Positions 45,061 to 54,911 of a stretch of DNA of 64,000 nt are shown one piece after another. Both the position numbers and the translations under genes were made by a program. Each line of letters begins with the position of its first letter. The first letter of the stretch is position 1. The stretch comes from a virus (taxonomy: Duplodnaviria; Caudoviricetes): the IMG/VR virus record IMGVR_UViG_3300044846_003573; one strand, 5' to 3'. A model generated the notes under the pieces. That model did no database searches. It was given only the letters and a program-made list of their open reading frames with translations, and was not told where the DNA came from.

Positions 45061-45663
45061 ATGAGTAAGAAATTAAATCCTGAACTTAAACCTGATGATA
45101 GAATTGTTATTATTGAACTCTTAGGTGAACCTCAACTATCGTTTGGTGATAGAGGAACTGTTAAAGGAGTACAAAAAGGACCTGGATTTGTTCAGTATGT
45201 TGTTAAATGGGACAATGGGTCAAGTCTTTATTTATTGGATGAAGATAAATGGATGTATGAATCTGAGTTTGATGAAATGAGAGAACGAAAAATGAAAAAA
45301 AATATACAGGAAAATAAATCAACTGATTTAACACAACATGCGATGTTAGTAAAACATTTCAACATGTTGTTTATAAAAAGATATCTAAATAAATTAAGAG
45401 AGGCTAGTGTTGTTAATATGTTTTCGGCGGCTCCATATCTTTATATGGGTAAAGAAAGATTGGCTCATGAACACAAGTATAGTGATACTAACGAAGCCTT
45501 TGATGAATTAGTTGATATGGCCGATAAGGCTCAAGGTGAAATGGTAAACGGAGTAATCAGTATACTTGAAGATGAAAATAAAGAAGTGACAGTTGAAAAC
45601 ATTAATTCTGCTTTAAGAAGATACGCACCAAAAATTATTTCATTTTACGCAAATTACTTCTAA
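45061..45663 (+). CDS. Hypothetical protein
   Basis: Start moved to MSKKLN; internal IQE; NKLREASVVNMFSAAPYL. Confidence 0.65.
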   Translation: MSKKLNPELKPDDRIVIIELLGEPQLSFGDRGTVKGVQKGPGFVQYVVKWDNGSSLYLLDEDKWMYESEFDEMRERKMKKNIQENKSTDLTQHAMLVKHFNMLFIKRYLNKLREASVVNMFSAAPYLYMGKERLAHEHKYSDTNEAFDELVDMADKAQGEMVNGVISILEDENKEVTVENINSALRRYAPKIISFYANYF

Positions 45664-45896
45664 AGTAAAAACAAAGGATTTCTTTCACCGAAGTGTCCAC
45701 CAACAATGTTGTAGTAGTAATATTCTAAAGCGTCTTCATAAGACATGTCTTTTTGTAATGACTCAAGTATTTTATCACGTGAATAAAGTATTCTTATACC
45801 ATTACCAAACTCTTCAACAACACCTGTAATACATTCATCAAATCCGTCTAATAGAATTGCGCCTTCGGCTAATTCTTCTACTTCTTCTTTTGTCAT
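45660..45896 (-). CDS. Hypothetical protein
   Basis: LLDGFDECITGV...YYYYNIVG. Confidence 0.6.
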   Translation of the reverse strand: MTKEEVEELAEGAILLDGFDECITGVVEEFGNGIRILYSRDKILESLQKDMSYEDALEYYYYNIVGGHFGERNPLFLL

Positions 45897-46402
45897 TTGT
45901 TTTTGTAGTCTTCTAATGTGATTCCTTCTGTGTCTTTATCACTAATCCTAATTTTAAAGTTAAATCCTCTCATGTATTTGGTGATAATGTCTTTCACTTC
46001 TTCTATTGTATCCCATTGAATACATCCTTCGTGTTCTTTAGAATAATCATTATCAACCAAGTAGTTAACTATTGTCCCACTTTGAAGTGTTAAAAATCCG
46101 TGAGCGTAACCTTTTGGAACATATACCGATTCACCTGAGGTCAAAACAAATGTTTCAAGTTTACCAAAGTTCTCACTGTCTTTATCCAAGTTAATAACAA
46201 AATCAATAATCTTTCCTTGAATAACGGAAACTAATTTGGTTTGAGCCATTGGTTCATCTTGATAATGTAATCCACGAAATACAAATATATCGTCGTTTAT
46301 ACTAATATTTGATTGAACCCACTTGTCAGAAAGTTTAATTGGGGTGAAAGACCCACGATGGTCTTTAAAAACTGGTTGTAATAGTTGGTAAGGTTTTTCC
46401 AT
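45893..46402 (-). CDS. rfbC: dTDP-4-dehydrorhamnose 3,5-epimerase
   Basis: FKDHRGSF, VQSNIS, FRGLHYQ, QTKLVSVIQGKIID, YVPKGYAHGFLTL, ISDKD. Confidence 0.9.
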   Translation of the reverse strand: MEKPYQLLQPVFKDHRGSFTPIKLSDKWVQSNISINDDIFVFRGLHYQDEPMAQTKLVSVIQGKIIDFVINLDKDSENFGKLETFVLTSGESVYVPKGYAHGFLTLQSGTIVNYLVDNDYSKEHEGCIQWDTIEEVKDIITKYMRGFNFKIRISDKDTEGITLEDYKNK

Positions 46403-46466
46403 GTGTAAAATATAATAAATTAATATTATTCAATCAACCATATATTTATCTAGAAAACAATTATAT

Positions 46467-46928
46467 ATGAGAAACGCATTTTTTTTGAATATTACTAAAG
46501 AAGAAAAAGAATCAATACAAGATAAACACAAAAGTCAATATGATGGATATGTTACTCGTGGATTTAACACACCAAAAGAACAGATACTTAATGTAGAAAA
46601 TTTGGCGTTAGATGAAAAAGGAATTACAGTATCTAATATGGGTGAAGTTAAAGAATATACGAACAAAGAAGTTAATAGAAAACTTAAAAAAGTTTGTGAA
46701 CAATGTAATGGTTTATATGAAGGTGAAATGTGTGAACAGTGTTCATCTATGAAAGAGGGAGAACAATGTGAACAATGTGGTGAAATGAAAGAAGGTGAAA
46801 CATGTGAGTGTGGAACTAAAGGATATTCTATGGAAGAAATTGAGGAAAGTATCAAACTAAAATCAAAAGCTCCGTTAGTTAAAGAAGATATCAGTGAATC
46901 ATTAAATTGGTTTAAGAGACTTTTGTAA
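46467..46928 (+). CDS. Protein with repeated EGExCEQC motifs
   Basis: CEQC x3, CEQCGE, CECG. Confidence 0.65.
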   Translation: MRNAFFLNITKEEKESIQDKHKSQYDGYVTRGFNTPKEQILNVENLALDEKGITVSNMGEVKEYTNKEVNRKLKKVCEQCNGLYEGEMCEQCSSMKEGEQCEQCGEMKEGETCECGTKGYSMEEIEESIKLKSKAPLVKEDISESLNWFKRLL

Positions 46929-46929
46929 A

Positions 46930-47265
46930 ATGAACATCAAAGAAATAGTTGATTATTACTATAATCCAAAATCTGAAATACTACAGGTTAGTTTTAGATT
47001 AGAGGAAGATGGTGATGATGAAATAAGAGAACATGAATTTGAACTGGACTTTATTGAAAAGTCCGGTTTTTTCATTTTGGAAAACTATGATTACGAATCA
47101 AGTGATTTCCCAATTATATATGAAGAAGATACTGACGAACTTATAATTGATGAAGAAGCGTCAGATGAAAAGGAATATGAAATTGATACTGATGAACTGA
47201 CATCATTTATGGAAGAATACTATAGTTCAAATCCAAAGAAAGTACCACCTTCGTTTTTATTCTAA
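46930..47265 (+). CDS. Acidic hypothetical protein
   Basis: ORF track. Confidence 0.6.
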   Translation: MNIKEIVDYYYNPKSEILQVSFRLEEDGDDEIREHEFELDFIEKSGFFILENYDYESSDFPIIYEEDTDELIIDEEASDEKEYEIDTDELTSFMEEYYSSNPKKVPPSFLF

Positions 47266-47307
47266 TAACTCCACTTTTTTTATTGGTTAACTTATATTTA
47301 TGTAATA

Positions 47308-47568
47308 ATGATACACGACGTTGATTACATAATTTCATTGCTTAAAAAATTAACTACTGATAATGGAAAAAAAGGTAGTAAAGACGAATTAGGTGAGCAA
47401 GACGCAGCAGCTCCTGCTGCTGGAGGTGGAACATCTAACACGAATAAAAGAGGCAGTAATTGGAATGAATTATATGCGACTGTCAGAGGTAAGGCTAATA
47501 TGTTAGGTAAGAAAGGTGAAAAATGGGATTCGGGTGTTAAACGAGGTACCGCAAATCAAATTTGGTAA
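47308..47568 (+). CDS. Hypothetical protein
   Basis: ORF track; ELGEQDAAA; RGKANML/RGTANQI repeat. Confidence 0.6.
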   Translation: MIHDVDYIISLLKKLTTDNGKKGSKDELGEQDAAAPAAGGGTSNTNKRGSNWNELYATVRGKANMLGKKGEKWDSGVKRGTANQIW

Positions 47569-49802
47569 TGAATAGTAATCAAAAAGAAATATTAGAAAGA
47601 GTATTGTTAATGATGAATTACGACTCGTCAAAGACACTGAATGAAAATACTCAGTTAATAACTGAACAATACACTTGGCCGACTATTTTACAACAAGGTT
47701 TAAAATTATCTAAAAATAATACACTTTCAGGACCTGAATGGGAAACTTATTTAAATGGATTAAGGGCGACTACTTTACCTGATTTAATGAAAATTCAAAA
47801 AGGATTTTCAGACGCAGGGTATGGAGCAATAAGCCCTGATTTTGGTTTACAAGGATTCAATAAACCAAATCCTACTCCGGCGTCTATAGTTTTGGAAAAT
47901 GATATTTACGTAAAATCTCTTAAAAATTACGAGAATAGAAAATCTAAAGGATTAAACGCCGGTATTAAACCAACAGGTCCTCAGTCAACATTAATACCCG
48001 CATTCCCTTTTCAAATGCAAAATTTATTTGGAAAAACATCAGGTCAATTGTTAGATGAACTTCAAAAACAAAAAACAGGTGCTCAACAAAATAAAACAGA
48101 ACAAAGGGCAGTTGCTTCGGGATGTATTTTTAAAAATAAAACAGAGGGTGATGCGTTTAGAGAATGGTTTAATAACTCTTACCCAAAATTAGCACAAAAA
48201 AATCAATTAGAAAGAAGTGGGGCGTTTTGTAATTCCTATATTAATAAAGCAGCAAATGCAACTTTTAACGAGGGTATGTTTAAAGGTAAAAAAGTTTATG
48301 ATGTTTACAAAGATTTAACCGCCGATTTAAGTGGATATAACCCTAAGTCAAAAATACCAAAAGTTGATATAACGGCTCAACGAGATAAACCACAATCAGA
48401 TGCTTCTAAGTTTATAAATCAAGAAAAACATAGAAGAGAAATGTCACAAATTCAAGAAAAAGAATACGCTGAAATTTTTGATTTTTCAAAATTCCCAACC
48501 GAATTACCATTAACACAATATAATAAAACAACAGGTGATTATGGGGGTTATGAATTTAATTATTGGACAGAACCTAATACAAAAATAAAAGTTTATATAC
48601 AAGGAAAAACTAAAGATGAGGTTTTTGATGAACTAATTGTTTTATATGAAGAAAAAAATAAAAAAGAAACAATAGATAAAGCATATAGTAATGAATTAAT
48701 TAATAAGTTATTTACTAAAGAAGCAATTGATTACGCTCTTCAAAATTGTGACGAAGAGGCTGTCGTGTCATTCTTCGAAGAAATAATGAATGGAACCAAA
48801 AAAAATAAAAATGGTAGAATTGTTGGGAAATATTATAGAAATTCTAAAGGACAATCTTTTATGGCGAAATGGGATTCAACAAAAATACCTTGTGAAAGCG
48901 CGTTTTGGAATGAATACGGATTATATATACAGTTGGGTGGTATGGTTGCGATTGCAATATTATCAGGTGGTTTAGGTTTAGGACCTTCGGCAACAATATT
49001 TCTTGAGTTAGCGGCCGATACTGCTCTTAATTTATATTCTTTAAAGAAAAGTGTTGATGCTCAAGATAATGATGCAATTAAAATGGACTTGGCGTATGTC
49101 TTTTTACCTTTATTAATGGCATCAGGTCCGGTTAAGGCGGCATTAAAATCTGCAAAATTTGGTGATGAAGTCATCAAATCTGTCGAATCAAAATTAAAAT
49201 CTTTACCTACTAATTCAACCAAAACACAAGTTGATAACTTGTTAAAAAATATGACACCCCAAGAGCAACGAGTTATTAAAGAACTTGGTACTGAAGAATA
49301 TAAAGACGTTGTTCAAAAGGCGAGTAAAGATGTGGTGGATGGTATTAAGAAAACTGCTAAAGCACCAATAGCTAGAAAAATATCTAATCCTTTAATTAAT
49401 ATTTTAGTTTATGGAACACCTGCTGTTACATTTTTGGTTAAAAAAATTAATGATATTTTTAGTCAAAAAATAGGTAAAAATATTAATGAAGAAGAACAAA
49501 AACTTTGGGAGTTAGCCCTTTCGTATTTTGATGAAACAGAACAAAATAAAATTTTACAAACTTTAAGTTCTTTAGATAGTCAAACAATGAATCAAATTAA
49601 AACAAAATTTGAATCAGGTAGTCTTGGTATAGAATGTAAAAAGGCTATTAATGAGGTAATTTCGGGTGGGAAAAAAGGAGTTGACGTTGAAAACGAAATG
49701 AAAAAACTTAATGAAAATTTAAGAAAATTAGATGAAGAATTTTTAAAGAGTTTAAATTTAGAAGACGAAATACAAATTTCTGATGAACCAATTACAAATT
49801 AA
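47568..49802 (+). CDS. Large hypothetical, probable virion or injected protein with hydrophobic hairpin
   Basis: Leader ...KTLNENTQLITEQ; GMVAIAILSGGLGLG segment. Confidence 0.65.
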   Translation: MNSNQKEILERVLLMMNYDSSKTLNENTQLITEQYTWPTILQQGLKLSKNNTLSGPEWETYLNGLRATTLPDLMKIQKGFSDAGYGAISPDFGLQGFNKPNPTPASIVLENDIYVKSLKNYENRKSKGLNAGIKPTGPQSTLIPAFPFQMQNLFGKTSGQLLDELQKQKTGAQQNKTEQRAVASGCIFKNKTEGDAFREWFNNSYPKLAQKNQLERSGAFCNSYINKAANATFNEGMFKGKKVYDVYKDLTADLSGYNPKSKIPKVDITAQRDKPQSDASKFINQEKHRREMSQIQEKEYAEIFDFSKFPTELPLTQYNKTTGDYGGYEFNYWTEPNTKIKVYIQGKTKDEVFDELIVLYEEKNKKETIDKAYSNELINKLFTKEAIDYALQNCDEEAVVSFFEEIMNGTKKNKNGRIVGKYYRNSKGQSFMAKWDSTKIPCESAFWNEYGLYIQLGGMVAIAILSGGLGLGPSATIFLELAADTALNLYSLKKSVDAQDNDAIKMDLAYVFLPLLMASGPVKAALKSAKFGDEVIKSVESKLKSLPTNSTKTQVDNLLKNMTPQEQRVIKELGTEEYKDVVQKASKDVVDGIKKTAKAPIARKISNPLINILVYGTPAVTFLVKKINDIFSQKIGKNINEEEQKLWELALSYFDETEQNKILQTLSSLDSQTMNQIKTKFESGSLGIECKKAINEVISGGKKGVDVENEMKKLNENLRKLDEEFLKSLNLEDEIQISDEPITN

Positions 49803-49827
49803 CACATATTTATAAAAAAAAGAAAAA

Positions 49828-51213
49828 ATGAAAAAAGAAATTTTATCAGAAATTAATAGATTTAGAGAAATTAGTGGTTTGCCGTTGTTGATTGAAGGTA
49901 AAATACCTTCATCTTTTATTGACGATTTATCTAAACTTTTTAATAAATCATCAGACGAACTTTTTACGTCACTTGAAAAAAAAGAAATACCTTCATTAGA
50001 AAAAACACTCAAAACCGCTTTAGGTGATGATAGCGTAATTTTCGCTAAAAACTTACAAAAATTAAAAGCCGGAACTCTGTCACCAACATTAGAAGATAAA
50101 TTGTTAGCGTCATTAATAAGAAGTAATGATGATAGAATTAAAAATTTGGTAGAAACTACTTTTATAAAATCAAATCCTGATTTAAATCAAATCATTAATA
50201 GATTTACAAAAAGGGCTGATGGTTCATATTCTGAAATTCAACCAGGGTTAACTTATGATAAATATATTAGTAGAATGTCTCCTGAAAAATATACGGAATA
50301 TGTGAAATTACAAAATCAGTTAATTGACGCAACTGATTTAGGAGTACAAATGAAAAAATATCTAAAAGAAAGATTAGCATCTGAATTAACTTCACTTAAA
50401 ACTAAATCAATTACAACTCCTTCGGTTGAAAATATGTATAAATTATACGAACTACAAGCCAAAAAATTAGGTAAAAAACCAATTCCTATGTCCGATTTAA
50501 AACTAATTGAGGATGATATAATTAATGCTGGTGTAACACAAAAAGAAATGGTTAACTATATGATTGAGTTAAGTGGTGATGAAAAATCATTCTTAGAAAG
50601 AATGAAAATTTTTAGACAAGGTAAGAAAGAACTTGAGGGTATGGCCGGTGACTCTGTTGACGAATTAAAGAAAGGTTTATCAGGTTGGAAGAAAGGTGCG
50701 TTAGTAGTATTAGGACTTGCATTATTAGGTGGTGGTGTTTGGTATAACTGGGATAGGCTTAGATATGGTTCAAACAAAGATGTATGGAAAGAAACTTATA
50801 AAGAATCATTTAGTGATTTACCTAAAAATTTACAAAATTTTATTATTGCAAATTATGCCGGTTCTGCAGGTAGTGACCCAAACATTAAAAAAAATATCAA
50901 AAGTTTATTATTTGATAATGATGTTTTAACTATTACATTTATGGATAATACAAAAAATATTATTAAAAAAGTAACACAAGGAGAGAATGAATATTGGTCA
51001 GTAGTTGAAGGTGAACCTAAAAAAACTGAGGAAGATGAAATAATACCAACAACATATCCTAGAGATATTAATACTTCAACCGACACTAAAATTATAGATA
51101 AAATTAAAACTGATTATGGGTATGACATATCCGATTTTACTTCTGTTAAAGTTATTAGTGATAGTAAAGTTCAATTAGTTTTAAATGGTGAAACATATGA
51201 AATGTCATATTGA
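49828..51213 (+). CDS. Large hypothetical protein with one TM segment
   Basis: MKKEILSEINRFREISG; ALVVLGLALLGGGVWY. Confidence 0.65.
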   Translation: MKKEILSEINRFREISGLPLLIEGKIPSSFIDDLSKLFNKSSDELFTSLEKKEIPSLEKTLKTALGDDSVIFAKNLQKLKAGTLSPTLEDKLLASLIRSNDDRIKNLVETTFIKSNPDLNQIINRFTKRADGSYSEIQPGLTYDKYISRMSPEKYTEYVKLQNQLIDATDLGVQMKKYLKERLASELTSLKTKSITTPSVENMYKLYELQAKKLGKKPIPMSDLKLIEDDIINAGVTQKEMVNYMIELSGDEKSFLERMKIFRQGKKELEGMAGDSVDELKKGLSGWKKGALVVLGLALLGGGVWYNWDRLRYGSNKDVWKETYKESFSDLPKNLQNFIIANYAGSAGSDPNIKKNIKSLLFDNDVLTITFMDNTKNIIKKVTQGENEYWSVVEGEPKKTEEDEIIPTTYPRDINTSTDTKIIDKIKTDYGYDISDFTSVKVISDSKVQLVLNGETYEMSY

Positions 51214-53105
51214 TGGAATATATGAATAAAAATACTCTTTTAATTGAAAAAGAATTACCTAAAAAAGGTGATGGTACAAAAGAATTACCTAAAAAAGGTG
51301 ATGGTACAAAAGAATTGCCTAAAAAAGGTGATAGTACAAAAGAATTACCTAAAAAAGGTGATAGTACAAAAGAATTACCTAAAAAGGATACTCCTGAAAA
51401 AAGTGGTAAGGTTGATGTAACATTAGACCACCCAAAAGACCAAGCTCAAGGTGATGCTTTTAGAGCTTGGATGTCAGTAAATCGCCCGGATTTTAAATGT
51501 GGTAGTGACAAACTTGAAAATAAAAAAGGTATGTCATTTAAAAATAATTGTATAAAACTGGCTTGGAAGGATAACAAAGGAGATTTTTTAAAATTATCAC
51601 CACAACAACAAACTGAATTATCTAAAAAAGTTGAATTTCCAATTAATACTATTGATAGGTCAAATAAATTCAGAAAATGGTTAAAAAGTTTTCGTGTTGG
51701 TTTTTTCAAACAAAAAAATATTAGAGATATTATTTCAAATATCCAAGACGATGCTGATTCTATTAAAATCGCTTGGGAAGAATATGGTAATGAGTTTATT
51801 CAATTTTTACTTAATTCACCTAACTCAGCTTTACAAGCGTTAGGTAAACAAATTAAAGATGAAAACGAAAATTGGTTAAAAACTGGTGAAGGTCTTGATG
51901 TTGGGTTTGAAAAACAAATTGAATCAGAAAAAAGAAAATGCGAGCCTTGGACTTTAGGTAATTTATTTGAAAAAAAATATAAAAGAGAAGGAGTTGATAA
52001 ATTAAATCAAAAGGCTAAAGAATTTATCGAATGGTCAGGTGAAAAAGGTTGGTATGGTAATTTAGTACCATCTGATTTTTGTGGTTTTGATGCCAATGAT
52101 ATTGACTGGGATAATGATGTTTGGATGGATGAAGATAGTGGAGAACATCAAATTTACCAGCATCCAATTGTTAGATTATTGTCGTTACATAAAGTTTGGA
52201 TGAGAGACGAACTTACTCGTGTTGATAGGAAGAGTGATTTATTTACTAAGTTTTTAAAGGATAGTGGTGAAGAAGTTACACCATATGTTTCAGGTGGTAG
52301 AAGTGAAGAAGGACGAACTAAAAACGTTAGACTTTCAGATACACCTGCGGACTCAAGTGCTGAAGTAATTTTATCGGCAGGTGCTAACAGAAATTTATGT
52401 GTTAATTTAAGAAATGCTTTAAAATCATCTTCAGATAGAAGTGAAACAGTTCAAAGGGCTATTCAAATGTGTAATTCAAAAAATTCAAATTGGTTAAAAA
52501 CGGATTTAGAAAGTAGAGTGAAAACTAAATTAAAAGTATTTCAGGAAGGTAAAATGATTAAAGAAACTATTCAAAACAAATTAAAATCAAAGAAGAATGA
52601 AAAATCTTTGAGTACCCTATCAGAACAGTTTAACAAACAAAATTATAGAAAATTCTTCGATACGTTAACTAAATTTAGAAATAATAATATCAATGAAGCA
52701 ACCAATGCAGAATTTGAAAAATCATTTGACGTTGTTTTTCAAGGAAAAGAATCTGAATTTAAAAACAGAGCAATAGAATATATCTTAGGCAAATTGGAAG
52801 TTTCACCATCGTCTGAACTTGGTAAAAGTATTAAATCAGAATTAGATAAAGTATCTGCTAAAGATATGTTTAGAAATGAATATGATGTCCCTGAGGCAAT
52901 ATCAAAAGCAATTGAAACATCTTCACAAACAAATAATGGTGAACAAACGGGATTAAAAGGTATTGTATCCCAATCAATTAAATTTGACGATAAACAAATC
53001 AAACAAGGTGTTAGACAACATCTTCACGATTATATCGAAGGCGTTAAAGATGATATTAAGTCTTTAGAACAAAAATTAAAAAGTTCAATCATAAAAGACA
53101 TCTAA
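51210..53105 (+). CDS. Large hypothetical protein with N-terminal KELPKKGD(G/S)T repeats
   Basis: ORF track. Confidence 0.65.
   Translation: MMEYMNKNTLLIEKELPKKGDGTKELPKKGDGTKELPKKGDSTKELPKKGDSTKELPKKDTPEKSGKVDVTLDHPKDQAQGDAFRAWMSVNRPDFKCGSDKLENKKGMSFKNNCIKLAWKDNKGDFLKLSPQQQTELSKKVEFPINTIDRSNKFRKWLKSFRVGFFKQKNIRDIISNIQDDADSIKIAWEEYGNEFIQFLLNSPNSALQALGKQIKDENENWLKTGEGLDVGFEKQIESEKRKCEPWTLGNLFEKKYKREGVDKLNQKAKEFIEWSGEKGWYGNLVPSDFCGFDANDIDWDNDVWMDEDSGEHQIYQHPIVRLLSLHKVWMRDELTRVDRKSDLFTKFLKDSGEEVTPYVSGGRSEEGRTKNVRLSDTPADSSAEVILSAGANRNLCVNLRNALKSSSDRSETVQRAIQMCNSKNSNWLKTDLESRVKTKLKVFQEGKMIKETIQNKLKSKKNEKSLSTLSEQFNKQNYRKFFDTLTKFRNNNINEATNAEFEKSFDVVFQGKESEFKNRAIEYILGKLEVSPSSELGKSIKSELDKVSAKDMFRNEYDVPEAISKAIETSSQTNNGEQTGLKGIVSQSIKFDDKQIKQGVRQHLHDYIEGVKDDIKSLEQKLKSSIIKDI
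51248..51387 (+). repeat. 30-bp in-frame tandem repeat, 4 full copies + partial
   Basis: aaaagaattacctaaaaaaggtgat(g/a)gtac. Confidence 0.9.
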
Positions 53106-53590
53106 AAACTTTTTTGAAAATCAATCCAAACTTTTTGTAAAGATTGACCCACAGAATCCGAAAATATAGTAGGTTCTGTGGGTTTTTTCATTAACTTCAT
53201 ATTAGTCTCACTCAATAACTTGTCTCCTTTCTTCGAATTACACGTTATACAACACGTAACTAGGTTATCCCATGTATTACCACCACCTTTTGATTTAGGA
53301 ACGATATGGTCTATTGTGAGGTCTTTTTTACTACCACAATAAACACAAGCGTTGTGGTCACGTTTCATGATTCTGTGACGATTAACACGAATTCGTCTAC
53401 GAGTGATTGAAACGTAGTTTAAAAGTCTAATAATAACGGGTCTAACGAGTTTTACGATACCACATACAACTGGCTCGTCAGATGATTTAACAATCTCTGC
53501 TTTTCCTTTATATACTAAATTAAATCCACGATTAAACGATGTAACATTTAATGGACTGTAATCTGAATTAAGCACCAATATTCCACTCAT
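53102..53590 (-). CDS. HNH endonuclease (bacterial McrA-like small HNH family)
   Basis: LVLNSDYSPL, RD..CVYCG, LTIDHIVPKSKGG..TWDNLVTCC..CNSKK. Confidence 0.88.
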   Translation of the reverse strand: MSGILVLNSDYSPLNVTSFNRGFNLVYKGKAEIVKSSDEPVVCGIVKLVRPVIIRLLNYVSITRRRIRVNRHRIMKRDHNACVYCGSKKDLTIDHIVPKSKGGGNTWDNLVTCCITCNSKKGDKLLSETNMKLMKKPTEPTIFSDSVGQSLQKVWIDFQKSF

Positions 53591-53665
53591 AATGACAAAT
53601 ATATTAATAAAAATTTATTAAGACAAATTGAATTTTGCAATAAGTATTATTATACTTAAATTGTT

Positions 53666-53917
53666 ATGTCGGAAAACAAAATACAAATATCAGAAAAATA
53701 TAGAGATGATGTTAAAGGATTAACACATGATAAACTTATATTAGTTCCTTTGGAGGTATTAGAAAGTTTACATGATTTTTACACATGGAAAGAGTTTATT
53801 TCAAACCCAAACTTTATTGAAGAAAAATCATCTATTATTATTGAAAAATATGATAAAGTAAAATTTTCGTTTGATGACGAATGGGATAATTATAGTGGAA
53901 CACATTTTGGTTATTAA
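53666..53917 (+). CDS. Hypothetical protein
   Basis: ORF track. Confidence 0.55.
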   Translation: MSENKIQISEKYRDDVKGLTHDKLILVPLEVLESLHDFYTWKEFISNPNFIEEKSSIIIEKYDKVKFSFDDEWDNYSGTHFGY

Positions 53918-54132
53918 TTATGTATTGTATTGTTAAGTATATTAAGGTAGATAAGAAAGAATTACCTGTTATTATTTTAAATTCTCAGGATGAAATTTTA
54001 GAATTTGATGATGAGAATAAAGCTGAAGAATTTAAATCAATTCTTCAATTGAATTCTGACTCAGGTTACAGATACGTTGTCAAGAAAATTTGATGTTGTC
54101 CCAAATTTTGTCTATATTTGTGACAAATAATT

Positions 54133-54209
54133 GCCTTCGTAGCTCAGTAGGATAGAGCAACAGATTTCTAATCTGTGGGTCAGGGGTTCGAATCCCTTCG
54201 GGGGTACCA
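54133..54209 (+). tRNA. tRNA-Arg (anticodon UCU) with encoded CCA
   Basis: GCCTTCG/CGGGGGT acceptor, GCTC-GAGC D arm, ACAGA-TTTCTAA-TCTGT anticodon arm, GGTTCGAATCC T arm, ACCA end. Confidence 0.92.
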
Positions 54210-54213
54210 CATT

Positions 54214-54241
54214 AAAAAAAGGGTTATTTAAACCCTTTTTT
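54214..54241 (+). terminator. Intrinsic terminator after tRNA
   Basis: aaaaaaagggtt-att-taaaccctttttt. Confidence 0.7.
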
Positions 54242-54293
54242 ATTTTTTAAACTATTTATAAATCAGTTAAATAAATTTTTAAAGAAAGAACAG

Positions 54294-54911
54294 GTGAAGG
54301 AACTATTACCAACAATTATTACCTCAGTCACATCAATTGTTATAGCATTAATAACTGCGGGTTTCTTCAATATGATGAAGGAAAAAAGAGCGAAACAAAA
54401 CTCAAGAAACAAACTTTCTCAACAAATTGAAACAGATGAAATTGTTCACTCTACTTTAAGAGAAATCAGAAGAAAATATAACGCAGATAGAATATATGTC
54501 ATTCAGTTTCATAATGGTGGAAATTTTTACACATCATCAGCGATGCAGAAAGCGTCTGTAACATATGAAAGATGTTCTGATGGACTTGAAAGAATAACTG
54601 AAAAAATACAAAATGTGTTTGTAAGTCACTATAATTGGTTGATTAAACAAACTATGGAGGACGGATTATTTATTCACGATTGTGAACTTATCCCTGATAT
54701 TGCAACAAGAGCTTTAATTAAAAAGTTTGGAACACAATCTATGGTTTCATTACCAATTATGGACAGAGAAAACCATTTAATTGCTCTTCTTTGTATGGAT
54801 TGGGTATTCAGTGAACATGTTGAGGTATACTGTGAAAATGAGGAGTTTACAAAGAATTTCAGAGAGGACTTCAAAAAAGACACTCAGTCGGTTAGAAACT
54901 TTTTAATTTAA
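54294..54911 (+). CDS. N-terminal TM + GAF-like domain protein (possible holin)
   Basis: One TM, coiled coil, then ADRIYVIQFHNG...SMVSLPI...LIALLCMDW typical of GAF folds; GTG start. Confidence 0.45.
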   Translation: MKELLPTIITSVTSIVIALITAGFFNMMKEKRAKQNSRNKLSQQIETDEIVHSTLREIRRKYNADRIYVIQFHNGGNFYTSSAMQKASVTYERCSDGLERITEKIQNVFVSHYNWLIKQTMEDGLFIHDCELIPDIATRALIKKFGTQSMVSLPIMDRENHLIALLCMDWVFSEHVEVYCENEEFTKNFREDFKKDTQSVRNFLI

